DNA from: Squalus acanthias
Lineage: Eukaryota
Direction: 5' to 3'
NCBI GenBank assembly: GCA_030390025.1
Contig: CM059432.1
Coordinates: forward strand, 68,760,001 to 68,824,000
DNA: 64,000 nt
Shown: positions 12,055-25,656 of the stretch, one piece after another
Layout of the letters: the number at the start of each line of letters is the position of its first letter
Position numbering within the stretch: the stretch's first letter is position 1
The notes under the pieces: model-generated
Told to the model about the DNA's origin: nothing
Seen by the model: the letters and a program-made list of their open reading frames with translations, nothing else
Database searches by the model: none
Translations under genes and position numbers: made by a program

Positions 12055-15000
12055 GTCAGAGTCATAACGGCACAGAAGGAGGCCATTCGGTCCATCGAGT
12101 TCGTGCCAGCTCTATGTAGAGCAATCCAGTCAGTCCCATTTCCTCACTCTATCCCCATAGCCCTGCATGTTTATTTCCCTCAAGTGCTTATCCAGTCTCC
12201 CCCTGAAAACATTGAGTGTCTCCGCCTCCACCACTTCCGTCGGCAGCGAGTTCCAGGTCATCACCACTCGCTGCATAAAAAAGTTTTTCCTCGCATCCCC
12301 CCTGTATCTCTTGCTCAAAACCTTAAATCTGTGTCCCCTAGTCCTTGTACTATCAACTAGTGCGAACAGCCTTTCCCCGTCTAGCCTATCTAAACTCATC
12401 ATAATCTTGTATACCTCTATCAAATCACCCCTCAACCTCCTTTGCTCTAATGAAAACAAATCCAGCTTCTCAACCTGTCCTTGTAGCTACGATCCCCCAT
12501 CCCCGGAACCATTCTGGTAAATCTCCTCTGAACCCTCTCAAGGGCCTTCACATCCTTCCTAAAGTGTGGTGACCAGAATTAGACGCAATACTCCAGTTGT
12601 GGCCTAATCAGCTTTATAAGGTTCAGCATAACTTCTCTACTCAATACCTCTATTTATGAAGCCCAAGATCTCATATGCTTTGCTAACCACTCTCTCAATA
12701 TGTCCCGCCACCTTCAGGGACCTATGCACATTAACTCCCAGGTCCCTCTGTCCCTGCACACTCTTTAAAACTGTGCATTAAGTGTATATTGCCTCTCCCT
12801 GTTCCTTCTGCCAAAATGCATCACCTCACACTTCTCTGTATTAAATTCCATCTGCCACTTGTCTGCCCTTTCTGCTAGCCTTTCTATGTCCTATTGCAGT
12901 CGATTGGTATCAACATCACTGTTTGCCACACCCCCATGTTTGGTGTCATCGGCAAATTTAGAAATTCTACTCTGTATGCCAATATCCAGGTCATTTCTAT
13001 ATATCATAAAAAAGTGGCCCCAGCACTGACCCTTGGAGAACACCACTGTCTACCATCCTCCAGTCTGAAAAACAGCCATTTACCACAACTCGCTGATTTC
13101 TGTCCTTAAGCCAATTCCTTATCCAAGCTGCCACTAACCCACCTATTCCATGAGCCTCATTTTTGTTAACCAGCCTTCGATGTGGTACTTTGTCAAAAGC
13201 CTTCCAAAAATCCATGTAGACAACATCCATTGCATTCCCTTCATCAATCCTCCCTGTTACTTCATCAAAAAATGCAATAAGATTAGTCAAACACGATCTG
13301 CCTTTTACAAATCCGTGTTGGCTCTCCTTAATTAGCTTAAACCTCTCCAAGTGCCCGTTATTTTTTTCCTTGATTATTGTTTCTAAAACTTTACCCACCA
13401 CTGATGTAAAACTGACCAGCCTGTAGTTACTAGGATTGTCCTTGCACCATTTCTTGATCAATGGTGTCACATTTGCCACTTTCCAATCCTCAGGCACCTC
13501 CCCCGCGTCTAGGGAAGATTGGAAAATTATGACAAGCCCTTCCGCTATCTCCTCCCCCAATTCCCTTAGCAACCTGGGATGCAAGCCATCTGGACCAGGC
13601 GACTTGTCCACTCTAAGCATACCCAGCCTTTCTAGTACATCCTGTCTATCAATTTTCACCTCTTCCATTGCTTCTACCTTTTCCACTTCTACCGATATTT
13701 TAGAAACATAGAAGATAGGAGCAGGGGTAGGCCATTCGGCCCCTCGAGCCTGCTCCGCCATTCGATGAGATCATGGCTGATCATCCAAACTCAGTACCCT
13801 GTCCCTGCCTTCTCCCCATATCCCTTGATACCTTTAGCCTTAAGAAATATATCTAACTCCTTCTTGAATATATTTAATGAATTGGCCTCAACTGCCTTCT
13901 GTGGTAGAGAATTCCACAGGTTCACCACTCTCTGGGTGAAGAAATTCCTCCTCATCTCTGTCCTAAATGGCTTATCCCTTATCTTTAGACTGTGACCTCT
14001 TGTTCTGGACTCCCCCGCCATCGGGAACATCCTTCCTGCATCCAGTCTGTCTAGCCCTGTTAGAATTTTATAAGTTTCAATGAGATCTCCTCTCATTCTT
14101 CTAAACTCCAGCGAGTATAAGCCCAATCGACCCAATCTCTCCTCGTACGTCATTCCTGCCATCCCAGGTATCAGTCTGGTGAATCTTCGCTGCACACCCT
14201 CCATGGCAAGAACATCCTTCCTCAGATAAGGCGACCAAAACTGCACACAATACTCAAGGTGTGGTCTCACCAAGGCCCTGTACAGCTGCAGCAAGACATC
14301 CTTGTTCCTGTACTCGAACCCTCTCGCTACGAAGGCCAACATACCATTTGCCTTCTTAACCACCTGCTGCACCTGCATGCTTACCTTCAGCGACTGGTGC
14401 ACAAGGACACCCAGGTCTCGTTGCACTTCCCCTTCTCCCAATCTATTGCCGTTCAGATAATAATCTGCCTTTCTGTTTTCGCCACCAAAGTGGATAACCT
14501 CGCATTTATCCACATTATACTGCATCTACCATGCTTCTGGCCAATCACCCAACCTGTCCAAATCATACTGGAGTTTCTCGGCATCCTCCTCGCAGCACAC
14601 ACGCCCACCCAGCTTTGTGCTGCGAGGAGGAGGAGAACACTTCGGTATGAGTGATCATCCTTTGTCAGCATCCACCTCCTTAGTAAACACCGATACAAAG
14701 TACTCATTGAGTATTCTAGCCTTGCCCTGCGCCTCTAAGCATATATCGCCTTCTTATTCCCCAATAGGCTCCACCCGGCCTCTTACTACCCGCTTACTGG
14801 TTACATGCCAGTAGAAGATTTTTGGGTTCCCTTTTATGTTAACCGCCATTCTACTCTCATATTCTAGCTTTGCCAATCTTATTTTCATCTTCACTTCCCC
14901 TCTCAACTTATTGTATTTGGTCTGGTTCTCCCTTGAAGAATTCACCTGACATTCATCATACACCCTCTTTTTTTGTTTGAACATCTTCTCTATCTCCCGC

Positions 15001-15312
15001 ATCATCCAAGGAGCCCTTGCTTTGGTTCCCTTAACTTTCCCTCTTGTTGAAATGTACCTAGCCTGTACTTGGAACATCTCCTCCTAAAAGGTCACTCATT
15101 GTTCCGTTACAGTTTTCCCTGTCAGTCTTTGGTTCCATTTCATCCTGGCTAGATCCTTTTGAAGTTAGCCCTATTCCAGTTTAGAAGTTCCACTCTAGAT
15201 TGTTCCTTGCTCATCTCCATTGCTAATCTAAATCTTATGACAGGATGATCACTCGTACCGAAGTGTTCTCCTGCAGACACTGGGTCAACCTGGCCCACCT
15301 CATCCCCAGCAA
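12055..15312 (-). mobile_element. CR1 LINE 'A' (EN-linker-RT-3' end), split at 13700/14662 by CR1 'B'
   Basis: ORFs 15149-15367, 14754-15077, 12997-13700 (KSPGPDGLHPR, QHGFVKGRSCLTNL, MDFWKAFDKV) and 12130-12459; the frame ...DADK|ISVEVEK joins across the insert. Confidence 0.88.
13701..14619 (-). mobile_element. Young 5'-truncated CR1 LINE 'B'
   Basis: Uninterrupted 244-aa ORF 13791-14525 ([18 protein letters not shown]...), 3' stem-loop and ttctatgtttct tail. Confidence 0.9.
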
Positions 15313-16194
15313 TGCCTCGTTCCTCTCTCACCCTGGCCATTACCCCTGGTACGGCTCTCATCTTCACTCCCTTAAGTCCAAGGGACGCAGACTCAAACAG
15401 ATATGGCGGACAACTGGTTTAGCCATTCACCGCCAGATCTGGCTGGACCACATAAAGCACTATCGGGCCCTGCTCTCGTCTGCCAAAATTGCTCACGATT
15501 CCAGAATCATTCTGGAATGCAAAGATAAACTCTGGCTCCTATTCTCTGCTGCTAACCGTCTTCTTAAACTCCTCTCCCCTGTCTCCTCCACCCTCATCTC
15601 CGATAACAAGTGTGAGGAGCTCATGGACTTCTTTGTCTCTAAGATTGAGACCATCCATTCAGCTGCCTCTGCCACTTCCCTTCATTCCCCTAGCCCACTG
15701 GGCCAAACTTCCTCTAAAGATCCTCCCTGCCCTAGCCCTGAACTCACATCTTTCTCCAGTTTCTCTCCGGTCTCCCCTCATGACCTCTCTGCGTTCATCT
15801 TGTCTATGAGACCCACCTCCTGCTCCCTCAACCCTATTCCCACCAAACTGCTAACCACCTAACTTACTTTCCTGGCTCCCATGTTAGCTGATATTGTTAA
15901 CAGTTCTCTCTCCTCAGGTACTGTCCCCCTCTCCCTGAAATCTGCCGTCATCACCCCTCTCCTCAAAAAACCAAACCTTAATCCCTCTGTCCTTGCAAAC
16001 TACCGCCCCATCTCCAACCTCCCTTTCCTCTCCAAAGTCCTTAAACGTGTTGTCGCCTCCCAAATCCATACCCATCTTTCCCGCAATTCCATGTTTGAAT
16101 CTCTCCAATCAGGTTTCCGCCCTTGCCACAATACTGAAACAGCGCTCATCAAAGTCACAAATGACATACTTTGTGACTGTGACAAAGGTAAACT
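15313..16194 (+). mobile_element. L2 LINE, first part (linker and RT start); resumes at ~20451-20825
   Basis: ORFs 15245-15862 and 15881-16194 (NYRPISNLPFLSK, QSGFRP.H.TETAL); ...DKGKL continues as SLLVLLDLSAA at 20451. Confidence 0.85.
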
Positions 16195-16916
16195 TTCAGG
16201 TTGGCAGGCTGTAACTAGCGGGGTGCCGCAATGATCAGTGTTGGGACATCAGCTATTTACAATCTGTATTAATGACCTAGATGAAGGGACCGAGTGTAAT
16301 GTATCCAAGTTTGCTGATGATACAAAGCTAAGTGGGACAGTAAGCTGTGAGGAGAACACAAAGAGTCTGCAAAGGGATATAGATAGACTAAGTGAGTGGG
16401 CAGTGAGGTGGCAGATGTGCAAAGAAATGTGAGGTTATTCACTTTGGTAGGAAGATTAGAAAAACAGAATATTTTTTTAAATGGTGAGAAACTTTCAAAT
16501 GTTGGTGTTCAGAGAGATTTGGGTGTCCTCATGCAAGAAACACAGAAAGCTAGCATGCAGGTAGAGCAAGCAATAAGGAAGGCAAATGGCATGTTGGCCT
16601 TTATTGCAAGGGGGTTGGAGTATAAGAGTAAGGAAGTCTTGCTACAATTGTACAGGGCCTTGGTGAGACCACACCTGGAGTACTGTGCACAGTTTTGGTC
16701 TCCTTATCTAAGGAAGGATATACTTGCCTTGGAGGCGGTGCAACAAAGGTTCACTAGATTGATTCCTGGGATGAGAGGGCTGTCCTGTGATAAGATTGTG
16801 TAGATTGGGCCTATACTCTCTGGAGTTTAGAAGAATGAGAGGTGATCTCATTGAAACATACAAGATTCTGAAGGGGATTGACAGGGTAGATGCTGAGAGG
16901 TTGTTTCCCCTGGCTG
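16195..16916 (+). mobile_element. CR1 LINE, first part; resumes at 20076-20365
   Basis: [13 protein letters not shown] and [12 protein letters not shown] motifs; cccctggctg|gagtgtctcgaact joins across the insert. Confidence 0.85.
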
Positions 16917-19900
16917 AAGATAGAGCAGATGAATGCGTGGCTGGAAAGATGGTGTAGGAGGGAGGGCTTTAGATTCCTGAGGAATTGGAACCATTTCTGG
17001 GGGAGGTGGGACCTCTACAAGCCAGACGGGTTGCACCTCAACGGGAACGGAACCAATATCCTCGCGGGAGGGTTTGCTAGTGCTGTTGGGGAGGGTTTAA
17101 ACTAGCTTGGCAGGGGGATGGGAACCTAAGTATAGAGTCAATAGGGAGGGAAGAAAAACTGGAATTGGAAAACAAAAACGTAGAAAGTAAATTGGAAGGA
17201 CAGAGGAATCAAGGGCTACATAGTAGTCAACAAGGAGGTTTGCCTGTACTAAATGGTATATACTTCAATACAGCGAACAAGGCAGATGAGCTGAGGGCAC
17301 AGGTAGATACTTGGGACTATGATATTATAGCTATTAGAGGTGTGGCTGAAAGAGGGGCAGGTATGGCAGCTCAACATTCCTGGTTACAGGATTTTCAGAC
17401 GGGATAGCGAGGGAGGGGGGGGGGTCGCGGTATTGATTAAAGAAACTATTACAGCTGTGAGGAGGGATGATATGTTGGAGGGATCATCAAACGAGGCCAA
17501 ATGGGTCGAATTGAAAAAAAAAGGGGCGATCACACTGCTGGGAGTGTACTACAGACTCCCAAACAGTGAGAGGGAGATAGAAGAACAAATATGTAGACAA
17601 ATTTCTGAGAAGTGCAAAAACTATAGGGCAGTAATAGTAGGGGATTTCAACTACCCCAATATTAACTGGGATAAAATTAGTGTGAAGGTATAGAGGGTGC
17701 GGAATTCCTAAAATGCATCCAGGAGAACTTTTTTAGCCAGTATGCAACAAGCCCAACAAGGGAGGGGGCGGTTCTGGACTTAGTTTTAGGGAATGAAGCT
17801 GGGCAGGTATCAGTGGGGGAGCATTTTGGTGCTAGTGACCATAATTCTGTTAGATTTAAGGTAGTTATGAAAAAGGACAAGGATAGACCAGGAATAAAAA
17901 TTCTAAATTGGGGAAAAGCAAATTTTGCTAAGCTCAGAGGGGATTTAGCCATAGTGGACTGGAAACAGCTACTTGAAGGTAAATCAGTGTCAGAGCAATG
18001 GGAGGCATTCAAGGAGGAGATCCGGAGGGTTCAGACCAAATATGTGCCCTTAAAGAAAAAAGGTTGGACGAACAAATCTAGAGCCCCCTGGATGTCTAGG
18101 GACATACAGGGTAGGATAAAGGAAAAAAAGGGAGGCGTATGACAGATACCAAGGGCTAAATACTCCAGAATCTTTAGAGGAGTACAGAAAGTGCAGGGGT
18201 GCAATTAAAAAGGATATTAGGAAAGCAAAGAGAGAGCATGAAAAATTCTTGGCAAGTAAAATCAAGGAAAACCCAAAGATGTTTTATAAATATATTAAGA
18301 GTAAGAGGATAACTAAAGAAAGGGTAGGGCCTATTAGAGATCATGAGAGTAATGTGTGTGGAGGCGGGAGACGTTGGTAGGGTTCTTAATGAATACTTTG
18401 CATCTGTTTTCACAAAGGAGGGGCGAAGCAGACATTGCTATCAGGGGGGAGGAGTGTGAAATATTAGATGAAATAAACACAGTGAGAGAGGAAGTATTAA
18501 GGGAGTTAGCAGCTTTAAAAGTGGATAAATCCCCAGGCCCGGATGAAATGTATCCCAGGCTGTTAAGCGAAGCAAAAGAGGAAATAGCAGAGGCCCTGAC
18601 CATCATTTTTCAATCCTCTCTGGATTCAGGTGTGGTGCCGGAGGACTGCTAATGTGTTACCCTTGTTTAAAAAAGGAGAAAAGGATAGACCGAGTAATTA
18701 CAGGCCAGTCAGCCTAACCTCGGTGGTGGGAAAATTATTCTGAAGGACAGAATAAATCTTTATTTAGAAAGACACGGATTAATCAAGGATAGTCAGCACG
18801 GATTTGTTAAGGGAAGGTCGTGTCTAACAAACTTGACTGAATTTTTTGAGGAGGTAACAAGGAGGGTAGATGAGGGTAGTGCGATTGATGTAGTGTATAT
18901 GGACTTTTGCAAGGCTTTTGATAAGGTTCCACATGGCAGACTGGTCACGAAGTTAAAAGCCCATGGGATCCAGGGTAAAGTGCCAAGTTGGATTCAAAAC
19001 TGGTTCGGAGACAGGAAGCAGAGGGTAATGGTTGATGGGTGTTTTTGTGACTGGAAGGCTGGTTCCAGTGGGGTTCCGCAGGGCTCAGTACTAGGTCCCT
19101 TGCTTTTTGTGGTATATATCAATGATCTAGACTTGAATATAGGGGGTATGATTAAGAAGTTTGCAGATGATACTAAAATCGGCTGTGTGGTTGATACTGA
19201 AGAAGGAAGCTGTAGACTGCAGGAAGGTATCAATAAATTGGTCAGGTGGGCAGAACAGTGGCAAATGGAATTCAATCCGGAGAAGTGTGAGGTAATGCAT
19301 TTGGGGAGGGCTAACAAGGGAAGGGAAAACACATTAAATGGTAGGACACTGAGTAGTGTAGAGGAACAAAGGGACCTTGGAGTGCATGTTCACAGATCCC
19401 TGAAGGTAGCAGGCCAGGTAGATAAGGTGGTTAAGAAGGCATACGGAATGCTTGCCTTTATTAGCCGTGGCATAAGAGCAGGGGGGGTTATGTTTCAACT
19501 GTATAAAACACTAGTTAGGCCTCAGCTAGAGTACTGCGTGCAGTTCTGGTCACCACATTACAGGAAAGATGTGATTGCACTAGAGAGGGTACAGAGGAGA
19601 TTTACAAGGATGTTGCCGGGAGTAGAGAATCTTAGCTATGAGGAAAGACTGGATAGTCTGGGTCTGTTTTCCTTGGAACAGAGGAGGCTGAGGGGAGACC
19701 TTATTGAGGTGTATAAAATTATGAGGGGCATAGATAAAGTGCATAGAAAGGACCTATTTCCCTTAGCAGAGGGTCAAAAACCAGGGGGCACAGATTTAAA
19801 GTAATTGGTGGAAGGGTTAGAGGGGATTTGAGGCAAAATTTCTTCACCCAGAGGGTTGTGGGGGTCTGGAACTCACTGCCTGAAAGGGTGGTAGAGGCAG

Positions 19901-20075
19901 GAACCTTAACCACATTTAAAAAGTACTTGGATGTGCACTTGGGATGCTCTAACCTGCAGGGCTACAGACCAAGAGCTGGGAAGTGGGATTAGGCTGGATA
20001 GCTCTTTGTTGGCCAGCGCGGATACGATGGGCCGAAATGGCCTCCTTCCATGCTGTAACTTTCTATGATTCTATG
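16917..20075 (+). mobile_element. Long CR1 LINE: end of ORF1 (SGNH esterase) and a frameshifted ORF2 (APE endonuclease + RT)
   Basis: ORF1 remnant WCRREGFRF...DGLHLNGNG; EN motifs GDFNYP and SDH; 323-aa RT ORF 18833-19804 with FADD; ctatgattctatg tail. Confidence 0.92.
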
Positions 20076-20365
20076 GAGTGTCTCGAACTAGGGGCCATAG
20101 TCTCAGGATAAGGGGTAAGCCATTTAAGACTGAGATGAGGAGGAATTTCTTCACTCAGAGGGTTGTGAATCTTTGGAATTCTCTGCCCCAGAGGGCTGTG
20201 AATGCTGAGTCTTTGAGTATATTCAAGGCTGAGACAGATAGATTTTTGGACTCTACAGGAATCAAGGGATATGGAGATCGGGCCAGAAAGTGGAGTTGAG
20301 GTCGACGATCAGCCATGATCTTATTGAATGGTGGAGCAGGCTCCTCCCGTCTTATTTCTTATGTT
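20076..20365 (+). mobile_element. 3' end of the CR1 begun at 16195
   Basis: SRTRGHSLRIRGKPF..RRNFFTQRVVNLWNSLP (ORF 20078-20299). Confidence 0.85.
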
Positions 20366-20450
20366 GCATTGTTACTTTGGACATTTGGTGATATATAGTA
20401 GCCATAATGGTCAGGTTATCCTCCCAGTTAAATACAAAGGCCTCATATTC

Positions 20451-20825
20451 TCCCTCCTCGTCCTTCTTGACTTGTCTGCAGCCCTTGACACGGTTGACCA
20501 CTCCATCCTTCTCCAAAGCCTCTCCACCGTCGTCCAGCTGTGTGGGACTGCACCCGCCTGGTTCCATTCTTATCTATCTAATTGTAACCAGAGAATCACC
20601 TGCAACGGCTTCTCTTCTCACTCCCGCATCGTTACCTCTGGTGTCCCACAAGATCTATCCTTGGCCCCCTCCTATTTCTCATCTACATGTTGCCCCTTGG
20701 CGACATCATCCGAAAACACAGCGTCAGTTTCCACATGTACGCTGACGACACCCAGCTCAACCTCACTACCTCTTCTCTCGACCCCTCCACGGTGTCTAAA
20801 TTGTCACACTGCTTGTCCGACATAC
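20451..20825 (+). mobile_element. Continuation of the L2 begun at 15313
   Basis: LLDLSAALDTVDH, SGVPQ and FHMYADDTQL motifs. Confidence 0.85.
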
Positions 20826-21273
20826 ATTTCTGGATTCATCTGTTCTATCCTCCTATTCCTGTACTCACTAGCACGTGGCACCGGGAGTAATCCGGAGATT
20901 ACTACATTTGAGATCCTGTCTCTCCGATTCCACCCCCCCCCCCCCCCCACACCTAACACAATTGGTGTCTGTCTGACTCTGTCAGTAATTAGAACATTTA
21001 CATTTTCTAACCATCTACAAAACACAGTTGATAATCTCGTTACAGCTGGAGGCTTTTGTTTGCTTTCAAAGTTCAGTTGACAGTCATGTTTTTAATTACA
21101 AAAGCGTGACACAGGAGATAAGATTCACTTGTACAGGAAGCACGTGCCATTGACAAGTATTTTTAATAATATATCAGTTATGCTGAATTGTAGCAAATGT
21201 TTAGCTTTATTTTGGTACAGGCAGGCAAACAAGTCAGAAACGGCCCATATAAAAATTTTCTTTCAAGTACTTA

Positions 21274-21438
<165 letters not shown>

Positions 21439-22099
21439 TCACCCAAGATGCCATATTGCATATATTAGCTAAGCAGCAAGTATCTGCAGACTATATGAAT
21501 GCATAAGACATTTGCTGGATCTGGTGCTGTGCTCCACACATATGCACTTCCAGCATGGGTCACAGGACAGTGATCAGAAGCGAAAACCAACTTTCTTTCC
21601 TAATTGAGAAATGCCAAGGCCCTACTGCTGTCACTCGAAGTATGCTGGAGATGTTTGACTGACAGAAAATACATGCCGTTATAAAATAAAAGATATTAGA
21701 TTATATTTTTTGCAATGTTGTTTATTGTGCAATAGATTAAAAAGTTAAGACATTTCAATACAGATTAAGTTTCTGTTGTGTGCGGTGGTGCTATATTTTG
21801 CAGGGGTGGGGAGATTGCATGGTGCACAGCCGAACAGGAGCATGGCTGAATGTTTGAAGACAGCCGTCACAATGTACATTACATCATCACCAATAATTAA
21901 ACAATAAATGAGGACGCAGTGTATGTGCAGCTATGTAAATAGTCCATCTATATTTCTTAATGTATCTACAGATATCGTCATATATAGTCTTTCATCTAGC
22001 ACGTATTCACCTAACATCAAAACAGATGCAAAACAGTCTTTAAAAAGAAAAATCAACCATGTACCAGATTTGAGACCACATATGAGCAGGAGAAATTGT

Positions 22100-23055
22100 A
22101 ATAGGGAATAAAGAAATTGCAGAGACATTAAACAAATACTTTGTATCTATCTTCACGGAAGACACAAAAAAAATTCCGGAAATAGTGGGGAATCAAGGGT
22201 CTAGCGGGAATGAGGAACATAAAGAAATTAGTATTAGTAAAGAAATAGCACTGGAGAAATTAATGGGACTAAAAGCCAACAAATCCCCTGGACCTGATGA
22301 GCTACATCCTAGGGTTTCAAAAGAGGTGGCTACAGAGATAGTGGTTTTGATCTTAGAATGGTCCACAGATTGGAAGGCAGCAAACATAACCCTGCTATTC
22401 AAGAAATGAGGGAGAGAGAAAGCTGGGAACTATAGGCCAGTTAGCCTGACATCAGTATAAGAGTAAAGAAGTCTTACTGCAATTATTTTGGCCCTTGGTG
22501 AGACCACATCTGGAGTACAATTTTGGTCTCCTTACCTAAGGAAGGATATGCTTGCCTTAGAGGGAGTGCAATGTAAGTTTACTAGACTGATTCCTGGGAT
22601 GAGGGGATTGTCCTATGAGAGATTGAGTAGACTAGGCCTATATTCCCTAGAGTTTAGAAGAATGAGAAGTGATCTAATTGAAACATATAAAATTCTTATG
22701 GGGTTTGACAGGGTAGAAACTGGGAGGATGTTTCCCCTGGCTGGGGAGTCTAGAACCAGGGGTCACAGTCTCAGAATAAGGGATCGGCCATTTAGGACTG
22801 AGATGAGGAGAAATTTCTTCATTCACTCAAAGGGTTGTGTATCTTTGGAATTCTCTACCCAAAGAGCTGTGGATGCTGAGTCATTGAGAGTTCATTCAAG
22901 ACAGAGATCGATAAATGTTTGGCTACAAAAGGAATCAAAGGATAGGGTGGGAAAGTGGAGCTGAAGTAGATGATCAGCCATGACCTTACTGAATGGCGGC
23001 AGGCTCAAAGGGCCGAATGGCCTACTCCTGCTCCTATTTCTTAGGTTCTTATGTC
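22100..23055 (+). mobile_element. Internally deleted CR1 LINE
   Basis: KSPGPDELHPR and NYRPVSLTS jump directly to the C-terminal VQFWSPYLRKD region and 3' tail. Confidence 0.8.
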
Positions 23056-23377
23056 AATAGAAATCTACTTATAAAGGGAAAAATAACTAGAAATTCTACT
23101 TCATTCCCTTTCATTTTTGAAAATGTTTCAGTCCCCTTTCAAATGCAATTCCAAAGCATGAATGTGTCCATTTTCAATACACTTTCCTACCTGATTGAGA
23201 TGATCCTTGCCCATCATCCAGCATTTCCCCCCCCCCACATCTTTCGCTTTTAAAAAAAGTCTATTTGCAGCCTCTTTATGTAATAATAGTTAGCATACTC
23301 AAGTCTTTACCATTACCTGTGGTTTTCCCCTTTCTATTCTGTTCAGTCCTATTAAGAGGCTCACTTATTTTCTCATT

Positions 23378-23472
23378 CCCAGTTCTGACAAAAAGGTCTA
23401 CACCCAAAGATTAATCTGTCTTTTCAGATGCTACAGAAAATTCACGTTCCAGATTTTCTGTTTTTATTTCAC
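23378..23472 (+). mobile_element. Decayed Penelope terminal-repeat remnant
   Basis: cagttctgaca..aaggtc...cagatgct...ttttctgtttttatttca resembles 25525-25614 and the reverse complement of 45807-45905. Confidence 0.45.
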
Positions 23473-24463
23473 TGCTGTGTATGTTGATCATTAAGATTTA
23501 ACCTTGGTTTCCAGGTTTGCTTGGTTCATAATTAGGTGATGCTTGTGCACGAGTGGCTGTGAGATGCATGAGCTCTTGTGCAGCACTGATGTGTTTTTTT
23601 ATATATACAAATTATGGAGAGGCGCAGCACTAGGTGCCAGTGGTTTGCAGAAAAGCAGTTCTATTCTCTTCATGCTCATGTGTAGAATAAATCACATATT
23701 CCATGCACCGAGGAGAACAAGCTCGTATTTCATGCTGCTTTGGCCACATAAGCCACGATCAAGTATTAGCCAATACACAAAAGATTTAAACTGGTTAATG
23801 CTGAGTAAGCATCATCAGATGAATGGATCAGAATTGGTATTTTATGAATGTTTCCAATAATTAGCTACCATTTGTGCCATTGTGTTTTGTCTACATTTTC
23901 AGTTAAACCCTGTCTGGTGTATTTTTATTACGGTAGGCACTAATATAATTGTCACAGGATTTCTATTCTGTAGTGAATGTATGGAATTATTCAAGTAATA
24001 ATAATGATGTTGTGGCCTGTTATTCATTGTGCCAGTAGTCCCCTCATAGCTCATCCACATGCATGCTCATCACGCGGGAGCATAGAAAGTGAGTTTTGGG
24101 GTGCTATTTGATCATGGTGGCAGGAACACCATAACTGAGCCCAACCCTGTCCTTAATCAACACTTAGACATGGGCCCTTTCACATGTGTGTGTGTCTGTG
24201 CGTGTGGAAAAAGTATAGGAACTGCAGCCAATTGTACTCCATCTGTAGCTGAGGGACACCAAGTGCAATTGTAGTGTCCTGTCCTCACCCTGACAGGGAT
24301 TAGCTAACCTAGCACACATCAGGAATTAGACACGGGACCTTCTTGGTTTCTATGCCACACTACAGTATGTTTACTGAGCCATCGAGGAACTCTACATGAC
24401 AGACTATATTTGAAGTGATATATAGTACACCAGAAGTTCTTTTTTTAAAAAGTCTCCTCTTAC

Positions 24464-24495
24464 CCAGTGTCTCCTAATCCATGTAGAAAAATAAC
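24464..24495 (-). CDS. LYPLA1: LYPLA1 coding exon 2 (VIFLHGLGDTG)
   Basis: 32-nt exon with tttgcag acceptor and gtaag donor; invariant FLHGLGD motif. Confidence 0.95.
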
Positions 24496-25435
24496 CTGCA
24501 AATAAAAGGGGAGAAACCCTGTAAGAATGTTTTTAATTGGCATTACTAGTAAATTATGTAATTCCGGTCAACATAAACACCTTAAATAAAAATTTGCTTA
24601 CTACACAGAAAATGCTCATAGAAATGACATAGAATTCCGTACAATCTGGACATGCCTTTTTTTTTCATGCAAGGTCAAAATTAAAATTAACAAAACCTAA
24701 CAGCTGTTTCTGACTTACTTATGTTTGTTATTTGCTATTGACACAATTTTTGTAACACTATAACCAATATAAACATTGCTAGCCAACATTTCTAACAACA
24801 GATTAGGGGAGCAATTTCTTTGTTATTTAGAAGAATCATATCCAGTCATATTTGTTCACTGTCTGACCACTTGTGAGAAGATTGGGGTTTGTACATCGGC
24901 ACTGGCACTCTCAAGTCTAAAATTATTTTGAGATATTTGATTTTGTTTCATAGTTGTACTACAGGGTGTTACTGACATCTTGTCCTAGCACCATATAAAC
25001 ATCTTCTATTTAGACCTTCAAAGTTGATAACTTACAAAACACTGTTCACATAAAGGATTGCCCTTCAAAATGTTTACATAGGCAATTTCAATGTTACATT
25101 TTCATGTGAAAACTTGGCCAAAAATCATGACAGGACGTTGGACAGGAAGTGCATGCATAAACATTTTTTTAAGTTACCAGCTTATCTCCCGTGATGTTGC
25201 CACACTGCAATGTTAAAGGCTATGGGGAAAACTGTTATGAGCACAGAAATGTAGAGCAGGGTTGCAAGGGTGAAGAGGGAAAGTAGAGAAAGGTTAGAGG
25301 TCAGGGTGAGAAGCAGGGGAAGGGGAGAGACAGCCTTGATTGATATATGATGGCAAGTTGCTCTTTAAAGAAAAAGACTGATATATCTGTGGAAGATTTT
25401 TTTTTTTTTAAATCACAGGGCTGATGCCGATGTGA

Positions 25436-25656
25436 AATAAAAACAGAAAATGCTGGAAATACTCAGCAGGTCAGCCAGCATCTGTGGAGAGAGAAACAGA
25501 GTTAACTTTTCAGGTTGATGACAAAAGGTCATCGACCTGAAACGTTACCTCTGTTTCTCTCTCCACAGATGCTGCCTGACCCGAGTATTTCCAACATTTT
25601 CTGGTTTTATTTCAGATTTCCGGCATCTGCAGTATTTTGCTTTTGTATTGTGTGAA
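25436..25656. mobile_element. Non-autonomous Penelope-derived fold-back element
   Basis: Inverted arms of ~90 bp (25433-25522 / 25528-25614) homologous to the Penelope end at 45807-45900; flanks gccgatgtga / gctgatgtga. Confidence 0.75.

Noticed and set aside
18833..19804. 323-aa reverse transcriptase ORF as a host gene or retron-like system
   Set aside because: It is part of a frameshifted CR1 ORF2 with the typical CR1 tail; nothing suggests domestication.
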